Shown here: positions 46,786 to 49,099 of the stretch, one piece after another | Layout of the letters: each line of letters begins with the position of its first letter | Numbering within the stretch: the first letter of the stretch is position 1 | IMG/VR virus record: IMGVR_UViG_3300032318_001710 | Span: 1 to 49,099 of that record | DNA length: 49,099 nt | Strand: one strand, 5' to 3' | Origin: a virus | Taxonomy: Duplodnaviria; Caudoviricetes | Program-made: the position numbers and the translations under genes | Notes under the pieces: generated by a model | Database searches by the model: none | What the model saw: the letters and a program-made list of their open reading frames with translations, nothing else | What the model was told of the DNA's origin: nothing

Positions 46786-47067
46786 CTATTTAATCTTTGC
46801 TATCCTTCTCATATAAGTCCTAATACGATGACAATTAGAACATACGATCTCACATTTAGCTATTTCTTCATCAATCTTCTTCTTAGATAAACTCTTGATC
46901 AATTCCATAACATTTGCATGTTTCTGACCTCTTACGTGGTCAAAGTCCATAACATAGTATGGGTAGATCAATTTGCAGTCCATGCAAGGAGTTGAGTTCT
47001 TAAGGTCTCTAATGTATTGCGCCAAATAAGCCTTCTGCTTGGCTATAGAGAGCTTTTCAGCCTTCAT
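46786..47067 (-). CDS. HNH endonuclease
   Basis: CMDC...MDFDH...KCEIVCSNCHRIRT, paralog of 46188..46511. Confidence 0.85.
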   Translation of the reverse strand: MKAEKLSIAKQKAYLAQYIRDLKNSTPCMDCKLIYPYYVMDFDHVRGQKHANVMELIKSLSKKKIDEEIAKCEIVCSNCHRIRTYMRRIAKIK

Positions 47068-47129
47068 TGGTACCTTGTACCCGAAATGAGTCTCATATGG
47101 CTTAAGTATAGCAAGGAGAGTTTCTTAGG

Positions 47130-47246
47130 TTACCCGTTTTTATTTCTATTTAAATTAGATATACACTCTACACAATAATTCTCTAGTACACCTTTATTGT
47201 TTAATCTATCTACATATTTAGGATTGTCACAGAAATTACATTTCAT
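47130..47246 (-). CDS. 38-aa zinc-finger micro-protein (MKCNFCDNPKYVDRLNNKGVLENYCVECISNLNRNKNG)
   Basis: CxxC...CxxC; starts 1 nt after the upstream stop; not in ORF track. Confidence 0.75.
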   Translation of the reverse strand: MKCNFCDNPKYVDRLNNKGVLENYCVECISNLNRNKNG

Positions 47247-47247
47247 A

Positions 47248-47454
47248 TTAGTCAACTACAATATCTTTATCTTTTTTAGTTAACTTATTACCTTTATACA
47301 CTTGCATTGAATCCATAAATGTAACTTTACGAGATGTTACATATCCACCCTTTTCATCAAGTTGTGCTCTAGCTGTTGGTTCATCTGCCGCTAATATTTG
47401 TATAATCATTTCAACCTTGTATGTGAAGCAAGATGTATTCTCATTCTCTGCCAT
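47248..47454 (-). CDS. Hypothetical protein
   Basis: 68 aa; SD AGGA. Confidence 0.7.
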   Translation of the reverse strand: MAENENTSCFTYKVEMIIQILAADEPTARAQLDEKGGYVTSRKVTFMDSMQVYKGNKLTKKDKDIVVD

Positions 47455-47511
47455 ATATATCCTAGTCGACTAGTATTTTAGAATTAACAAAATGTTAATA
47501 AAATTTTTTTT

Positions 47512-47619
47512 CTACTTACAGCTCTTATAATGATTGGATAGTGTCATATGGGCAAATCCAGATCTTACTTCGATTTCCCGCCCACATTTATCACAAACTA
47601 CTAATCGAGTTGATGCCAT
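47512..47619 (-). CDS. 35-aa zinc-finger micro-protein (MASTRLVVCDKCGREIEVRSGFAHMTLSNHYKSCK)
   Basis: CxxC...HxxxC; TATAAT 6 nt before ATG (leaderless); not in ORF track. Confidence 0.75.
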   Translation of the reverse strand: MASTRLVVCDKCGREIEVRSGFAHMTLSNHYKSCK

Positions 47620-47741
47620 TGTTTTATTATATACTATCTATATATTCTAGTCAACTGCTTTATACTATATATGTTATATATGTTATATGTTTGTATGTTT
47701 TGTATTTTTTGTATTTCCTGACCCCCCGACCCCCCTATGGA

Positions 47742-47771
47742 ATTATAACATTACATATTTTCGTATGTCAA
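47742..47771 (-). promoter_or_regulatory. Consensus sigma70 promoter
   Basis: TTGACA, 18 nt, TATAAT with TG extension on the minus strand. Confidence 0.8.
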
Positions 47772-48169
47772 GAGTTCAATAAATATTTTATAGCATTGTC
47801 CATATTGTCCGTATTATCATTAAACTGACCTAAAGCTAAATTGCAATTGTTGCAAAGTAACCCTCTAACAATGTTTGTGTCGTGACAATGATCTATATGG
47901 GTATCCTTAGTGCTCTTAAATTCATTACTGCATATCTTACACATATTATTTTGGTCAACTAGCATACTGTTAAATTCTTCTTGAGTAATCCCATATCTAC
48001 GTTCTTTAAGATATTCATTAGCTCTCTTTTTATATTTTGCATATCTTTCTGGTTTATCAACTCTCATTTTTCTAGCTGCAGCATTTACACAGTCTTTACA
48101 CTTATTTCTACCGCTATAAAAGTCAGAAATATTTTTTTCTACTCCGCAAACATTACACTCCTTTGACAT
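47768..48169 (-). CDS. Endonuclease VII-type (putative homing) endonuclease
   Basis: N-terminal CxxC..CxxC; RRYGIT, CKIC, HIDHCHDT..VRGLLCNNCN; start MSKEC. Confidence 0.88.
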   Translation of the reverse strand: MSKECNVCGVEKNISDFYSGRNKCKDCVNAAARKMRVDKPERYAKYKKRANEYLKERRYGITQEEFNSMLVDQNNMCKICSNEFKSTKDTHIDHCHDTNIVRGLLCNNCNLALGQFNDNTDNMDNAIKYLLNS

Positions 48170-48605
48170 ATGCAATAGCCTTTCTAATTGTTTCAATATT
48201 GTCTTTAAATCCACCTAATCCAAAGTTGCACTTTCTGCAAAGTAATCCACGAACCTTATTTGTAGTGTGACAATGATCTACTGCAGCTTCCCACCCAATT
48301 TGTATTTTGCATATAGCACATTGATTATTCTGGGCAACCAGCATTTGTGCATAGTCTTCACGAGATATTCCATATTTAATTTTTCTAGATGTTGCAATAG
48401 TTGCAGATTTAGACTTTTCTGGATTCTCTTTATTCCACTTCTTATTCCGCTCTGTAAAGCAAGGGATACAGTATGCAGTCAACCCATCTTGTCTGGATTT
48501 CCACTTATAGAATTCCGATCTTTCTTTTAGTTCCCCGCAAATAGGACACTTTTTGTGCGTCGCATTATTCACCATATAGAACTTGCCTTTTCCAATGTTT
48601 GCCAT
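48153..48605 (-). CDS. Endonuclease VII-type (putative homing) endonuclease
   Basis: CPIC..CIPC; KYGIS, CAIC, VDHCHTTNKVRGLLCRKCN. Confidence 0.88.
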   Translation of the reverse strand: MANIGKGKFYMVNNATHKKCPICGELKERSEFYKWKSRQDGLTAYCIPCFTERNKKWNKENPEKSKSATIATSRKIKYGISREDYAQMLVAQNNQCAICKIQIGWEAAVDHCHTTNKVRGLLCRKCNFGLGGFKDNIETIRKAIAYVKGV

Positions 48606-48743
48606 TGAATTATTGTATCATATATATTAACATTTTTAAATATTACAAAATGTTTGATTTGGTTTTTCATGTATGATCCAGGGTTTAGAAATGTCCGTTT
48701 TGTCCATACAGTGAGCCCAGATACTTTTAACTTTGAGCGTGAG

Positions 48744-48759
48744 TGTGATGCTAATCACA
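48744..48759. promoter_or_regulatory. CRP/GlxR-type binding site
   Basis: Perfect TGTGA-N6-TCACA in a divergent intergenic region. Confidence 0.7.
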
Positions 48760-48870
48760 AAAATAGTTTAACAATACTAGCGAGTAACCCCCCTAAATGT
48801 CAGTCCCCCGTGTTAGGCTTATAGTATAAAGAAAATCAAGAAAGGTTCTTGATAAAGAAAGGAAAACAAA

Positions 48871-49077
48871 ATGTTTTCACTAAGTTATAAAGTCCAATAC
48901 TCGGACACCGAGTTCTCTACTTGTCTAGGTGTTCTAATGAATACCGAACAAGATGCTAATGAGTATCTTGACCTACTAGCCCTAAGAGGCACTATCTTAG
49001 AAACTAATCTAAGAGAGTTAGAAAATTACAAGCCTAGCACTCGCAAGGTTTATGCTACTACTAGAAGTTGGGAGTAA
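48871..49077 (+). CDS. Hypothetical protein
   Basis: 68 aa; SD AAAGGA; TG-T-TAGGCT -10 at 48811-48819. Confidence 0.7.
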   Translation: MFSLSYKVQYSDTEFSTCLGVLMNTEQDANEYLDLLALRGTILETNLRELENYKPSTRKVYATTRSWE

Positions 49078-49099
49078 TACTAATGAACGATTACTATGA

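Noticed and set aside
47541-47828. 95-aa hydrophobic plus-strand ORF
   Set aside because: Translation of low-complexity AT repeats; overlaps a minus-strand promoter and micro-ORF
48620-48870. Genome terminus or terminal-repeat junction
   Set aside because: The strand switch is suggestive, but it cannot be supported without reads or the full genome

Overview
49-kb segment of a large AT-rich tailed (siphovirus-type) dsDNA phage. The host is probably an actinobacterium, inferred from leaderless starts, TG-extended -10 promoters and a CRP/GlxR box. Positions 1-44641 are almost entirely minus strand. In transcription order they hold a GT4 glycosyltransferase, class II ribonucleotide reductase, a holin-like gene, about 24 kb of fibre/adhesin genes unusually placed upstream of the portal, then portal, protease/scaffold, major capsid, head-tail joining genes, tail tube, frameshifted tail chaperones, tape measure and tail-tip genes. 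No terminase is recognisable. The fibre block contains five repeated two-gene cassettes: a small adaptor ending in GW[RK], translationally coupled to a large docking-motif/IPT/Ig-repeat protein with a variable, mostly glycine-rich tip. The right end has a membrane-anchored lytic transglycosylase, a stand-alone structured ~100-nt RNA with preQ1-I-like architecture, three tRNAs (Asn, Gly, Arg) interleaved with HNH endonucleases, two EndoVII-type endonucleases, unannotated zinc-finger micro-ORFs, a possible origin and a perfect CRP box. All family calls come from motif recognition by eye; no database searches were run.
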